The notes beneath the pieces were generated by a model. It had not been told where the DNA came from. It searched no databases and saw nothing but the letters and a program-made list of their open reading frames with translations. 64,000 nt of DNA from Acidobacteriota bacterium (lineage in GTDB: Bacteria; Acidobacteriota; Thermoanaerobaculia; Gp7-AA8): the NCBI GenBank assembly GCA_019244185.1, contig JAFATB010000006.1, forward strand, positions 1 through 64,000, given 5' to 3'. Position 1 is the first letter of the stretch. Each line of letters opens with the position of its first letter. Positions 18,834 through 27,474 of the stretch are shown one piece after another. A program made the position numbers and the translations under genes.

Positions 18834-21074
18834 TTACTTCGTCGCCGGCGGCTTCTTGAGGCCGCGCTCGATGAGCAGCGGATCGGCGATCGGATCGCGG
18901 CCGCGGAAGTTGCGGTAGAGCACCGCCGCCTCCTGCGTGCCGCCGCGCGAGAGCACCATGTCGCGGAAGCGCTGGCCGTTCTCGCGGGTCATGCCGCCAT
19001 GCTCCTTGAACCAGTAGTACGCGTCGTCGTCGATCAGCTCGCTCCACATGTAGGCGTAGTAGCCGGCCGAATAGCCGCCGCCCCAGATGTGCGAAAAGTA
19101 CGGCGTGTGATAGCGCGGCGGAACGGCAGCCATGTCGATCTTGAAGCGCTGCAGCGCGGCCGGCTCGAACGTGGCCACGCTCTGCAGCGGCGCGTCGGCG
19201 GGCAGATCATGCCACGCGAGATCGAGGAGCGCCGCGGCGAGATACTCGACCGTCGCATAGCCCTGATTGAACGTGCGCGAGTTCTTGATCTTCTCGACCA
19301 GCGCCTGCGGGATCGGCGCGCCGGTCTGGTAGTGCTTCGCGTAGTTCGCGAAGACGCGCGGCTCGAGCGCCCAGTGCTCGTTGAACTGGGACGGGAACTC
19401 GACGAAGTCGCGCGGCACGTTCGTGCCGGCGAGCGTCGGGTACTTCACGTTCGAGAACATGCCGTGCAGCGCGTGCCCGAACTCGTGGAACATCGTGTTG
19501 ACGTCGTCGAAGCTGAGCAGCGCCGGCTGGCCCGGCGACGGCTTCGTGAAGTTCGTGACGTTGAAGACGACCGGCTTCGTTCCGAAGAGACCGCTCTGGT
19601 CGACGAAGCTGTCCATCCACGCGCCGCCGCTCTTGTTGTCGCGCGCGAAGTAGTCGGCGTACCAGATCGCCAGCGAGTGGCCGTCGGCATCGAAGACTTC
19701 GAAGACGCGCACGTCCGGCTGATAGACCGGGATGTCCTTGCGCTCCTTGAACGTGAGGCCGTACATCTGGTTCGCGGCGTAGAAGACGCCGTCGTGCAGC
19801 ACGCGGTCGAGCTCGAAGTACGGCTTGACCTGCGACTCGTCGAGGTCGTATTCGGCCTTGCGCACCTGCTCGGCGTAAAAGTCCCAGTCGGCGCCGGTGA
19901 GCTGGAAGCCGCCCTTCTGCTTGTCGATGAGCTTCTGCATCTTCGCCGCTTCCTCGCGCGCCTTCGCGGTCGAGGCGGGGACGAGATCGGTCAGCAGCTT
20001 GATCGCGTTCTCCGGCGTCTTGGCCATCTGATCGTCGAGGCTGTACGCGGCGTAGTTCGGATAGCCGAGGAGCTTCGCGCGCTGCGCGCGGAGCTGGGCC
20101 ATGCGGGAGATGATCGCGGTGGTGTCGTTCGGGCCGCCGTGGCTGCCGCGCTGCACGGACGCGTTGAAGAGCCGCTGCCGGACGGCGCGATTCTTCAGCG
20201 ACGCGAGCGCCGGCTGCTGCGTGGTGTTGCGCAGCGTGAGCACCCACTTGCCGTCGAGCTTGCGATCCTTGGCCGCCTGTGCGGCGGCGGCGATGTCGCC
20301 TTCGCTGAGGCCGTCGAGGTCCTTCACGTTGTCGATGACGATCGCGGACGCGGCGGTGTCGGCGAGCACGTGGTCGCGGAACTGCGTGCTGAGCGTCGAC
20401 TCTTCCTGATTGAGCGCGCGCAGCGTGGCCTTGTCGGCTTCGCCGAGCAGCGCGCCCGCGCGCACGAAGTTGCGGTAGTAGCGCTCGACGAGGAACTTCT
20501 GCTCCGCGTCGAGGCCGAGCGTGTCGCGCGTGTCGTACAGCGTCTTCACGCGCGCGAAGAGTTTCGGGTTGAGGAAGATCGCGTCGCTGTGGGCGGCGAG
20601 CTTCGGCGACTCTTCCGCCTCGACCTTCTGGATGGTGTCGTTCGTGTTCGACTGGGCGAGGTTGAAGAACACTTTCGCGACGCGCGTGAGCAGCGTGCCG
20701 GTGCGTTCCATCGCCTCGATCGTGTTCGCGAACGTCGGCGCGTCGGCGCTGTTCGCGATCGCGTCGACTTCCGCGATCTGCTGGCGCATCCCTTCTTCGA
20801 TCGCGGGCTGGTAGTCGCTGTCTTTGATGCGATCGAACGGAGGCGCCTGGAAGGGAAGCGTGCTCGCCTGCGCGAACGGATTGTTCGCGAGGACGTCATT
20901 GCCGGCGGCCGTCGTCGCCGGCGGGGTTGCCGTCTGCTGCGCAGGAGCCGTCGCGGGCGCCGCGGTCGCGGTGTCGGCAACGGGAGTTGCCGCGGGTGCG
21001 GTTTGCGTCGTGGGCATTTGCGTGCAGCCGGCCACGGCCAGGGTCAACCACGTGAATAGCAAAGTTCGATTCAT
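18834..21074 (-). CDS. dcp: M3 peptidyl-dipeptidase Dcp, predicted lipoprotein
   Basis: FHEFGHALH zinc motif; PRDFVEFPSQ, KSGGAWM and GYSAGYYAY motifs; VAGC lipobox after MNRTLLF. Confidence 0.93.
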   Translation of the reverse strand: MNRTLLFTWLTLAVAGCTQMPTTQTAPAATPVADTATAAPATAPAQQTATPPATTAAGNDVLANNPFAQASTLPFQAPPFDRIKDSDYQPAIEEGMRQQIAEVDAIANSADAPTFANTIEAMERTGTLLTRVAKVFFNLAQSNTNDTIQKVEAEESPKLAAHSDAIFLNPKLFARVKTLYDTRDTLGLDAEQKFLVERYYRNFVRAGALLGEADKATLRALNQEESTLSTQFRDHVLADTAASAIVIDNVKDLDGLSEGDIAAAAQAAKDRKLDGKWVLTLRNTTQQPALASLKNRAVRQRLFNASVQRGSHGGPNDTTAIISRMAQLRAQRAKLLGYPNYAAYSLDDQMAKTPENAIKLLTDLVPASTAKAREEAAKMQKLIDKQKGGFQLTGADWDFYAEQVRKAEYDLDESQVKPYFELDRVLHDGVFYAANQMYGLTFKERKDIPVYQPDVRVFEVFDADGHSLAIWYADYFARDNKSGGAWMDSFVDQSGLFGTKPVVFNVTNFTKPSPGQPALLSFDDVNTMFHEFGHALHGMFSNVKYPTLAGTNVPRDFVEFPSQFNEHWALEPRVFANYAKHYQTGAPIPQALVEKIKNSRTFNQGYATVEYLAAALLDLAWHDLPADAPLQSVATFEPAALQRFKIDMAAVPPRYHTPYFSHIWGGGYSAGYYAYMWSELIDDDAYYWFKEHGGMTRENGQRFRDMVLSRGGTQEAAVLYRNFRGRDPIADPLLIERGLKKPPATK

Positions 21075-21128
21075 AAGACTCCGACAACGACCCGGCCGAG
21101 GGCGCGATTCCGGCAAAGAGCGGTTTTC

Positions 21129-22280
21129 GTGAACCGTTCCGTGTCGACGCGCTGCATCCTCCTCCTCGCTTTTGCAGCGGGTGCGACGGTCGCCAACCTC
21201 TATTACAGTCAGCCGCTGCTCGCCGAGATCGCCTCCGAGCTCGGCGTCAGCGCGGGCGCCGCGAGCGCGATCTCGACCGCGACGCAGCTCGGCTACGCCG
21301 CCGGTTTGCTCTTCCTCGTGCCGCTCGGCGATGCCGTGGAGCGGCGCAGGCTGCTCGTGACGACGACCGGCGCGATCACGATCGCGCTGCTGCTCGTCGC
21401 CGTCTCGCATTCGCTGACGGCGCTGCTCGCGTCGAGCGCGATCCTCGGCTGCGCGACGATCGTGCCGCAGCTCGTCGTGCCGTTCGCCGCGCACCTCGCG
21501 TCGGCCGAGGACCGCGGACGCGTCATCGGCATCGTGATGAGCGGCGTGCTGATCGGCGTCATCCTCTCGCGTTCCGTGAGCGGCTTCCTCGCCGGCACGA
21601 TCGGCTGGCGCACGACGTACGTCGCCGCCGCGGGCGCGATGGCCGTGCTCGCGCTGCTGCTGCGGTTTCAACTGCCGCTCGCGCCGCCGGAAGTTGACCT
21701 TCGCTACGGCGAGCTGCTCCGCTCCCTCGGCTCGCTCATCCGCACGCAGCCGCTGCTGCGCCGCCACGCGCTCATCGGCGCGTGCGGCTTCGCCGCGTTC
21801 AGCATCTTCTGGACGAGCCTCGCCTTTCATCTGCAGAAGCTCTCGCCCGCGTACGGCACGAAGACCGTCGGCGCGTTCGGCATCGTCGGCGTCACCGGCG
21901 CATTGATCGCGCCGCTCGCCGGACGTCTCTCCGATCGCCTCGGCTCGCGCACGCTCAATCGCGCGGGACTCGTGCTGATGGCGCTGGCGTTTGCGCTGAT
22001 GGCCGGCGGCGGCGCGTCGCTGGTCGTGCTCGCGATCGGCGTCGTCTTCCTCGACGCGGGCGAGCAGACCAGCCATATCGCCAATCAGGCGCGCATCTTC
22101 TCGCTCGACGCCGCGCTGCGAAACCGCCTCAACGCCGTCTACATGGTCGCCTTCTTCATCGGCGGCGCGCTCGGCTCGATCATCGCCGGATTGGCGTGGC
22201 AGCACGGCGGCTGGCTCGCCGTCTGCGCGGCCGGCGCGGCCGCGTCGATCGCGGGCGCCGTAGCGGCGTCGGTGAAGTGA
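21129..22280 (+). CDS. MFS transporter
   Basis: VANLYYSQPLL, GLLFLVPLGD..ERR and RNRLNAVYM motifs; ~12 TMs. Confidence 0.9.
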   Translation: MNRSVSTRCILLLAFAAGATVANLYYSQPLLAEIASELGVSAGAASAISTATQLGYAAGLLFLVPLGDAVERRRLLVTTTGAITIALLLVAVSHSLTALLASSAILGCATIVPQLVVPFAAHLASAEDRGRVIGIVMSGVLIGVILSRSVSGFLAGTIGWRTTYVAAAGAMAVLALLLRFQLPLAPPEVDLRYGELLRSLGSLIRTQPLLRRHALIGACGFAAFSIFWTSLAFHLQKLSPAYGTKTVGAFGIVGVTGALIAPLAGRLSDRLGSRTLNRAGLVLMALAFALMAGGGASLVVLAIGVVFLDAGEQTSHIANQARIFSLDAALRNRLNAVYMVAFFIGGALGSIIAGLAWQHGGWLAVCAAGAAASIAGAVAASVK

Positions 22281-22313
22281 GGAAGTGCGCTACCATGCCG
22301 GCCGGTCGCTTCG

Positions 22314-22772
22314 ATGGATCAGGATCAGCTTCGCGTCCCCACGATCGCGCTTCCGGCGACGGTCCGCTACTTCGACGAGCGACCGCTCACGGGCCGCATC
22401 TTCCTTCCCGTCTGCGCGCAGCATCACGACGGGCCGATGCGCGTCGATGAATGGATCAACCAGTCGAGCGTCTTCTTCCCGTTCGTGCAGGACGGCGCGG
22501 AGCGCGCGACCATCCTCAACAAACGCTACGTCGTCATCCTCACCATCGAAACGGCCGACGATCACGACGCCGACACCGGCACCACGCAGCGCGTCTCCGT
22601 CGAGTGCGGCAACGTGCGCGTGGAAGGTCTCGTGCACATCGACATGCCCGAGCATCAGAGCCGGCTGCTCGACTGGGCCAACCGCGCCGAGCCGTTCCTC
22701 GTGGTGAACGACAACGACCGGCGCCACATCATTCAGAAAACCCGCATCACGTTCCTTCGCGAGGTCGATTAG
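22314..22772 (+). CDS. Hypothetical protein (DUF6812-like, two internal repeats) coupled to pilT
   Basis: Repeat pattern G.I...RV.EWIN...FFP / G.V...RLLDWAN...FL; its stop overlaps the pilT GTG. Confidence 0.6.
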   Translation: MDQDQLRVPTIALPATVRYFDERPLTGRIFLPVCAQHHDGPMRVDEWINQSSVFFPFVQDGAERATILNKRYVVILTIETADDHDADTGTTQRVSVECGNVRVEGLVHIDMPEHQSRLLDWANRAEPFLVVNDNDRRHIIQKTRITFLREVD

Positions 22773-24232
22773 TGTCGCTCGAATCGCTGCTCCGTCAGGC
22801 CGCCGCCGCCGGCGGCCGTGAAATCCGGCTCGTCGCCGGTCGAAAAATCGTCGTCGTCACACCGTCGGGCGAGCGGGAGATGCAAGGTCCCGACGTCACC
22901 GGCGCGCTCATCCAGCAACTGATCGTTCCGTCGATGCCCGCCGAGGCGCGCAAGGCGATCGCCAGCGGCCGCGCGGCGTGGACCGTGCCGGTGGCGGAGC
23001 TCGGCCTCGTGCGCGCGACCGCGGACGTCGTCGGCGGTGCGCCGCGCGTGACGCTCGCCTTCGACGACGCCGCATCGTCATCGCCAGCACCGATTTCTGC
23101 TCCCGCGCCCACGCCGCCGCCGATCATCGAGTCGACGGGGCCGACGCGCGAGATGGACTCGCTCTTCCGCCAGATGTACGACATGAAAGCGTCGGACCTG
23201 CATCTCTGCGCGGGCTCGGCGCCGCTCGTGCGTCACGACGGCCAGATCAAGCCGCTGCCGGGACGCAATGTGCTCACCGCCGCCGACGTCGAGCGCATCC
23301 TCATGCCGATCGCGCCGCAGCGGAACCGCGAGGAGTTTCGCGAGCGCAACGACACCGACTTTGCGTACGACCTCGCCGGCGTGTCGCGCTTCCGCTGCAA
23401 CTTCTTCATGGACCGCAAAGGCATGGGCGGCGTCTTCCGCGTCATCCCGAGCCGCATCATCACGGCCGAGGAGATGGGGCTGTCGAAGGAGATCCTCGAC
23501 CTCTGCTTCCTGTCGAAGGGACTCGTGCTCGTCACGGGACCGACCGGCTCGGGCAAGTCGACGACGCTCTGCGCGCTCGTCGACTACATCAACCGCCACC
23601 GCACCGATCACGTGATCACGATCGAAGACCCGATCGAGTTCGTGCACGAGAACAAGCAGTGCCTCATCAACCAGCGGCAGGTCGGCGAGCACACCGGCTC
23701 GTTCAAGCACGCGCTGCGCGCGGCGCTGCGCGAGGACCCCGACATCGTGCTCGTCGGCGAGATGCGCGACCTCGAGACCGTGGCCATCGCCATCGAGACC
23801 GCGGAGACCGGGCACCTCGTCTTCGGCACGCTGCATACGTCGTCGGCCGCGACGACCGTCGACCGCGTCATCGACCAGTTTCCGGCCGAGCGTCAGGACC
23901 AGATCCGCGTCATGCTCGCCTCGAGTTTGCGCGGCGTGATCAGCCAGATGCTGCTGCGCAAGATCGGCGGCGGCCGCATCCCGGCGCTCGAGGTGATGCT
24001 CGGCACCGCATCGATCGCGAACCTCATCCGCGAGGCGAAGATCTTTCAGATCCCGTCGATCATGCAGACCTCGCGCAAGCAGGGCATGGTGCTGATGAAC
24101 GACAGCCTGCTCGACCTCGTCAAGCGCGGCATCGTCGAGGCCGAAGAGGCGTACGCGAAGGCGGTCGACAAGCTCGGCCTGGCGGCCATGTTCAAGGCGA
24201 ACAACATCGCCTGGCGCGAGGGGGCGGCGTAG
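22772..24232 (+). CDS. pilT: PilT/PilU type IV pilus retraction ATPase with extra N-terminal domain
   Basis: ASDLHL, GPTGSGKSTT, TIEDPIE, ALREDPD, GEMRD, TLHT and IANLIRE motifs. Confidence 0.92.
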   Translation: MSLESLLRQAAAAGGREIRLVAGRKIVVVTPSGEREMQGPDVTGALIQQLIVPSMPAEARKAIASGRAAWTVPVAELGLVRATADVVGGAPRVTLAFDDAASSSPAPISAPAPTPPPIIESTGPTREMDSLFRQMYDMKASDLHLCAGSAPLVRHDGQIKPLPGRNVLTAADVERILMPIAPQRNREEFRERNDTDFAYDLAGVSRFRCNFFMDRKGMGGVFRVIPSRIITAEEMGLSKEILDLCFLSKGLVLVTGPTGSGKSTTLCALVDYINRHRTDHVITIEDPIEFVHENKQCLINQRQVGEHTGSFKHALRAALREDPDIVLVGEMRDLETVAIAIETAETGHLVFGTLHTSSAATTVDRVIDQFPAERQDQIRVMLASSLRGVISQMLLRKIGGGRIPALEVMLGTASIANLIREAKIFQIPSIMQTSRKQGMVLMNDSLLDLVKRGIVEAEEAYAKAVDKLGLAAMFKANNIAWREGAA

Positions 24233-24248
24233 CGTCTCACGCGAAAAC

Positions 24249-24280
24249 ACGAACGGCGACGCGTGCGCGTCGCCGTTCGT
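24249..24280. terminator. Hairpin between convergent genes
   Basis: acgaacggcgacgc-gtgc-gcgtcgccgttcgt, a perfect 14-bp stem. Confidence 0.65.
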
Positions 24281-24301
24281 CGGGAAGCGGTCGAACGTCA
24301 A

Positions 24302-25186
24302 CTACTTGACGAACGCCGTGAAGTCGGTGCCGCCGGTCATCGCGGCGAACGGCGTCGTGTACGTTTTCACCGCGTTGTTCTTCGTGTCGGTGATGGTGAG
24401 CTCGATGCGCAGCGGCGAGGCCGAGCCGTAGAGCACGGCGATGGTCGGCGTGCCGCTCGCGGTCGTGTTGCCCTGATCGAGCATCTTCAGCAGCATCTCG
24501 ATGTTATTCGCGCTGTTGAAGTAGAAGAACACGGTCTCGCTGGTGGCGCTGCCGAAGCCGGTGACCGGCTTGACCAGCGCGTCGGTGTCGGCGGCCGCGT
24601 TGTCGAACGCGCCGCGGTAGCGCACGCGCGCCTGGAAGCGGCCGTTGAGGAGGCACGCGGTCTTCGTGTCGGGGACGCAGCCGCCGGCGAAGGCGACGCT
24701 CAGCGTGTACGCGCCGGTGGTCGGCAGGCTGCCGCCCGCGCTCCAGAGCGTGTCGGCCTCGATGAGGTACGTGCCCGCCGTGGCGAAGGTGTGGTGGATG
24801 CGCGCGCGGCTCGTGCCGGAGCTGAGATACGAGACGCGCGTCACGTCCGCCGAGGTGCCGTTGTTGAGGTACATGTAAAGGAAGATCTCGTACGCGTGCG
24901 AGGAGTAGTCGATGTCGATGGTCTGCCCCGCGGTCACGGTGACGGCGTAGACGTCCTCGCGGCCGTCGAGGAAGTCGCGGCACGAGCTGGTGGTGAGCAC
25001 GCCGTTGATGGTGGTCGGCGGATGGATCAACGTGGACGGGCACGTCGTCATCGCCGAGATCCCGGCGTGATGCGCGTCATGTTGCGCGCGGAGCGACTCT
25101 TCGGCGGCGGCAGGATCGTTGGTCTGCGCGAATGCGCCGAGCGACACAACGAGCAGCGACAAAACGGCGGCGATGCGAACCTTCAT
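24302..25186 (-). CDS. Secreted protein: PPC-like beta domain plus Cys-containing C-terminal domain
   Basis: Signal peptide MKVRIAAVL...AFA; D.Y.V...AGQ.I.I...GTYLI...TGAYTL; then CVPDTKTACLLNGRFQ...DFTAF. Confidence 0.7.
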   Translation of the reverse strand: MKVRIAAVLSLLVVSLGAFAQTNDPAAAEESLRAQHDAHHAGISAMTTCPSTLIHPPTTINGVLTTSSCRDFLDGREDVYAVTVTAGQTIDIDYSSHAYEIFLYMYLNNGTSADVTRVSYLSSGTSRARIHHTFATAGTYLIEADTLWSAGGSLPTTGAYTLSVAFAGGCVPDTKTACLLNGRFQARVRYRGAFDNAAADTDALVKPVTGFGSATSETVFFYFNSANNIEMLLKMLDQGNTTASGTPTIAVLYGSASPLRIELTITDTKNNAVKTYTTPFAAMTGGTDFTAFVK

Positions 25187-25313
25187 CGTGAACCCTCTCT
25201 CGATCTCTCTGTTTTTCTCTCTCTCGTGGTGGGTGGACGGACTCCGGAAAAGCACGCGTTTGCAAAGATTATTTCAACGAATGGCTTGACAAAGTCGCGC
25301 GGCCGCGCCGATC

Positions 25314-25331
25314 ATGTCAAAAATTTAACAT
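25314..25331. promoter_or_regulatory. Putative BlaI-type operator (copy 1)
   Basis: Imperfect palindrome atgtcaaaaatttaacat overlapping the blaI start; TTGACA at 25286-25291. Confidence 0.7.
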
Positions 25332-25710
25332 GGCCCGCCAGGAACTGAGCCGCCGCGAGCGGCAGATTCTCGACGTCATCTACCGCCTCGAACGCGCGAC
25401 CGCCTCGGACGTGCTGGAGCGCCTCGACGACGCCCCCACCTACACGACGGTGCGCGGCCTGCTGCGCGTGCTCGAAGGCAAGGGCCACATCCGCCACGAG
25501 GACGAGAACGGCCGCTACGTCTACTACCCGACCGTTGCCAAGCAGCGCGCCGCAAAGTCGGCCATCAAGCACGTCGTGAGCACGTTCTTCGACGGCTCGC
25601 CCTCAGAGGCGCTCGCGGCCTTGCTCGGAGGCGAGCGGAGCTTGAACGCGCAGGAGCTCGAGCGGCTGGCAAAGGTGGTGGACGAGGCGCGGCGGAAGGA
25701 GAGGGCGTGA
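25330..25710 (+). CDS. BlaI/MecI/CopY-family repressor
   Basis: LSRRERQILDV, TYTTVR.LLR.LE.KG and FFDGS motifs. Confidence 0.93.
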   Translation: MARQELSRRERQILDVIYRLERATASDVLERLDDAPTYTTVRGLLRVLEGKGHIRHEDENGRYVYYPTVAKQRAAKSAIKHVVSTFFDGSPSEALAALLGGERSLNAQELERLAKVVDEARRKERA

Positions 25711-25834
25711 GGGGGCGGGGGCTGGCCGCGACGCTGACGATGGCGGGGAGGGCGCCGCGCGCGGAGACGTTCGCGCTGTCCGCGCCGGCGTCGCACGCGC
25801 CGGCATCACCCGACGCGCGGCGGAAGGAGACGGC

Positions 25835-27424
25835 GTGAGCGTGAGCCTCATCGCGAGTGCACTGGCGAGCCGCGGCGCGAGCGTCCTCGCGAGCCTGCTC
25901 GCGAGCGCGAGCGCCAACGCGCTGCTCGCGGCGACGCTGAAGGCGACGCTCGCGTTCGCCGCGGCACTCGCGTTCGTGCGGCTCGCGACGCGCGCGTCTG
26001 CCGCGACGCGACACGCGATGCTCGCGGCCGCGCAGCTGGCGGCGCTGACGATGCCGCTCCTCGCGTATGTTGTCCCGCCGCTGACAGTGGCGTGGAGCGC
26101 GCCGCGCGCCGAGACGTTCGCGCTGCCCGCGCCGGCGTCGCAGACACCGGCATCAACCGCGAGCGCCGCACCCGCAGTCGCGCCGCAGCGGCGCGTGCCC
26201 GTGAACCCGCTCCTCGCATGCTGGCTCGCTGGCATCGCGATCGTCGCGACGGCGCGTCTGCCCTCGCTGCAGCGCGCCGCGCGCATCGCGCGCGGCGCGC
26301 CGGCGTGGGAGGCGGAGTGGGAGCCGGCGCAGACGGAACACCGCGGCCCGCGCGTCTACCTCACCGACGCCATCGACCAGCCGGTCACGCTCGGCTCGCG
26401 CATCCTCCTCCCCACCGCCGCCCTCGACTGGCATCCGGCGCAGCTGCGTGCGGTGCTGCTGCACGAGCGCGCGCACGTGGCGCGGCGCGACTCGCTCCTC
26501 GGCCTCGTCAGCGACTTCGCCTGCGCGGTCTACTGGTTCCATCCGCTCGCATGGCTCGTTGCACGACGGGCGCGGCTCGAGCGCGAACAGGCGTGCGATG
26601 AAGCGGTGCTCGCGCAGGGCGTGCGCCGCACCGACTACGCCGCCGCGCTCCTCGACATCGCGCGCAATGCCGCGCGCGCCGCGCACGGAATGGCGATGGC
26701 CGAACGCCCGCAGCTCGAGGTGCGCATCCGCGCCATCGTCGCTGGCGCGACGCCGCATCCGCGCCGCGGCGCACGCGCGGCCGTGGTGGTCGCCGCCGTC
26801 GCCGCCGCGCCGTTTCTCGCCGCGCTCACGCCGCTTGCCATCGCGCGTCCGTCCGCCGGCGAGCCCGATCTCCTCGGCGACGCGATCGCCTCGCCGCGCA
26901 GCGAACGCCTCGGCGCACCCGCGGTGAGCGTCGTCGCGAGCGGCCCCGACGCCGCGCTCATCGCCACTCTGCAGCAGTACGCCGCGCAGCCGCCGCGCGA
27001 CGAGACCGATCTCGTCGCCGACCGCGCGCGCTGGGCGCTCGGCCGCGTCCGCGACGGCGAGCTCGTACGCCCGATGCTCGACGCGCTCGACGATGCGGAC
27101 TGGCGCGTGCGCGCGTACGCCGCATGGACGCTCGCCATCGCCGGCGAGCGCCGCGCCACGCCCGCGCTCGTCACGCAGCTGCGCGATCCCGTCTGGCGCA
27201 TGCGCGCCATGGCCGCGTACGCGCTCGCGGAGCTCGCCGATCCCGCCGCGCACGACGCGATGCAACGGGCGCTCGCCGATCCGGCGTGGCAGGTGCGCAC
27301 GTGCGCCGTCCGCTATCTCGCGGCGCTCCACGATCCCGCCGACCGCGCCCTGCTCGACGCCATGCGCGCCGACCGCCACATCGCCGTCCGCACTGCCGCG
27401 GAGCAAGCCTTGAATCGCTCGTGA
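25835..27424 (+). CDS. M56 (BlaR1-like) metallopeptidase with C-terminal HEAT repeats
   Basis: LLHERAHV.R.D, YWFHPL.W and EREQACDE motifs; D..WRVRA.AA.AL HEAT repeats. Confidence 0.9.
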   Translation: MSVSLIASALASRGASVLASLLASASANALLAATLKATLAFAAALAFVRLATRASAATRHAMLAAAQLAALTMPLLAYVVPPLTVAWSAPRAETFALPAPASQTPASTASAAPAVAPQRRVPVNPLLACWLAGIAIVATARLPSLQRAARIARGAPAWEAEWEPAQTEHRGPRVYLTDAIDQPVTLGSRILLPTAALDWHPAQLRAVLLHERAHVARRDSLLGLVSDFACAVYWFHPLAWLVARRARLEREQACDEAVLAQGVRRTDYAAALLDIARNAARAAHGMAMAERPQLEVRIRAIVAGATPHPRRGARAAVVVAAVAAAPFLAALTPLAIARPSAGEPDLLGDAIASPRSERLGAPAVSVVASGPDAALIATLQQYAAQPPRDETDLVADRARWALGRVRDGELVRPMLDALDDADWRVRAYAAWTLAIAGERRATPALVTQLRDPVWRMRAMAAYALAELADPAAHDAMQRALADPAWQVRTCAVRYLAALHDPADRALLDAMRADRHIAVRTAAEQALNRS

Positions 27425-27441
27425 TGCTTTTCAGCCCGTCG

Positions 27442-27459
27442 ATGTCAAATTTTTAACAC
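27442..27459. promoter_or_regulatory. Putative BlaI-type operator (copy 2)
   Basis: atgtcaaatttttaacac is 15/18 identical to copy 1 and lies upstream of the aggag RBS of the serine hydrolase. Confidence 0.7.
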
Positions 27460-27474
27460 CACCAGGAGCCACGC

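Noticed and set aside
12505-22205. Extended N-termini in the ORF track (RND from 15879, MFP from 17813, Dcp from 22205; also Uup from 42873)
   Set aside because: The extensions overlap other real genes; family-typical starts lie downstream, so these are not fusions.
25195-25225. (CT)n-rich tract
   Set aside because: Short imperfect purine-rich leader of the minus-strand gene; no evidence of phase variation.
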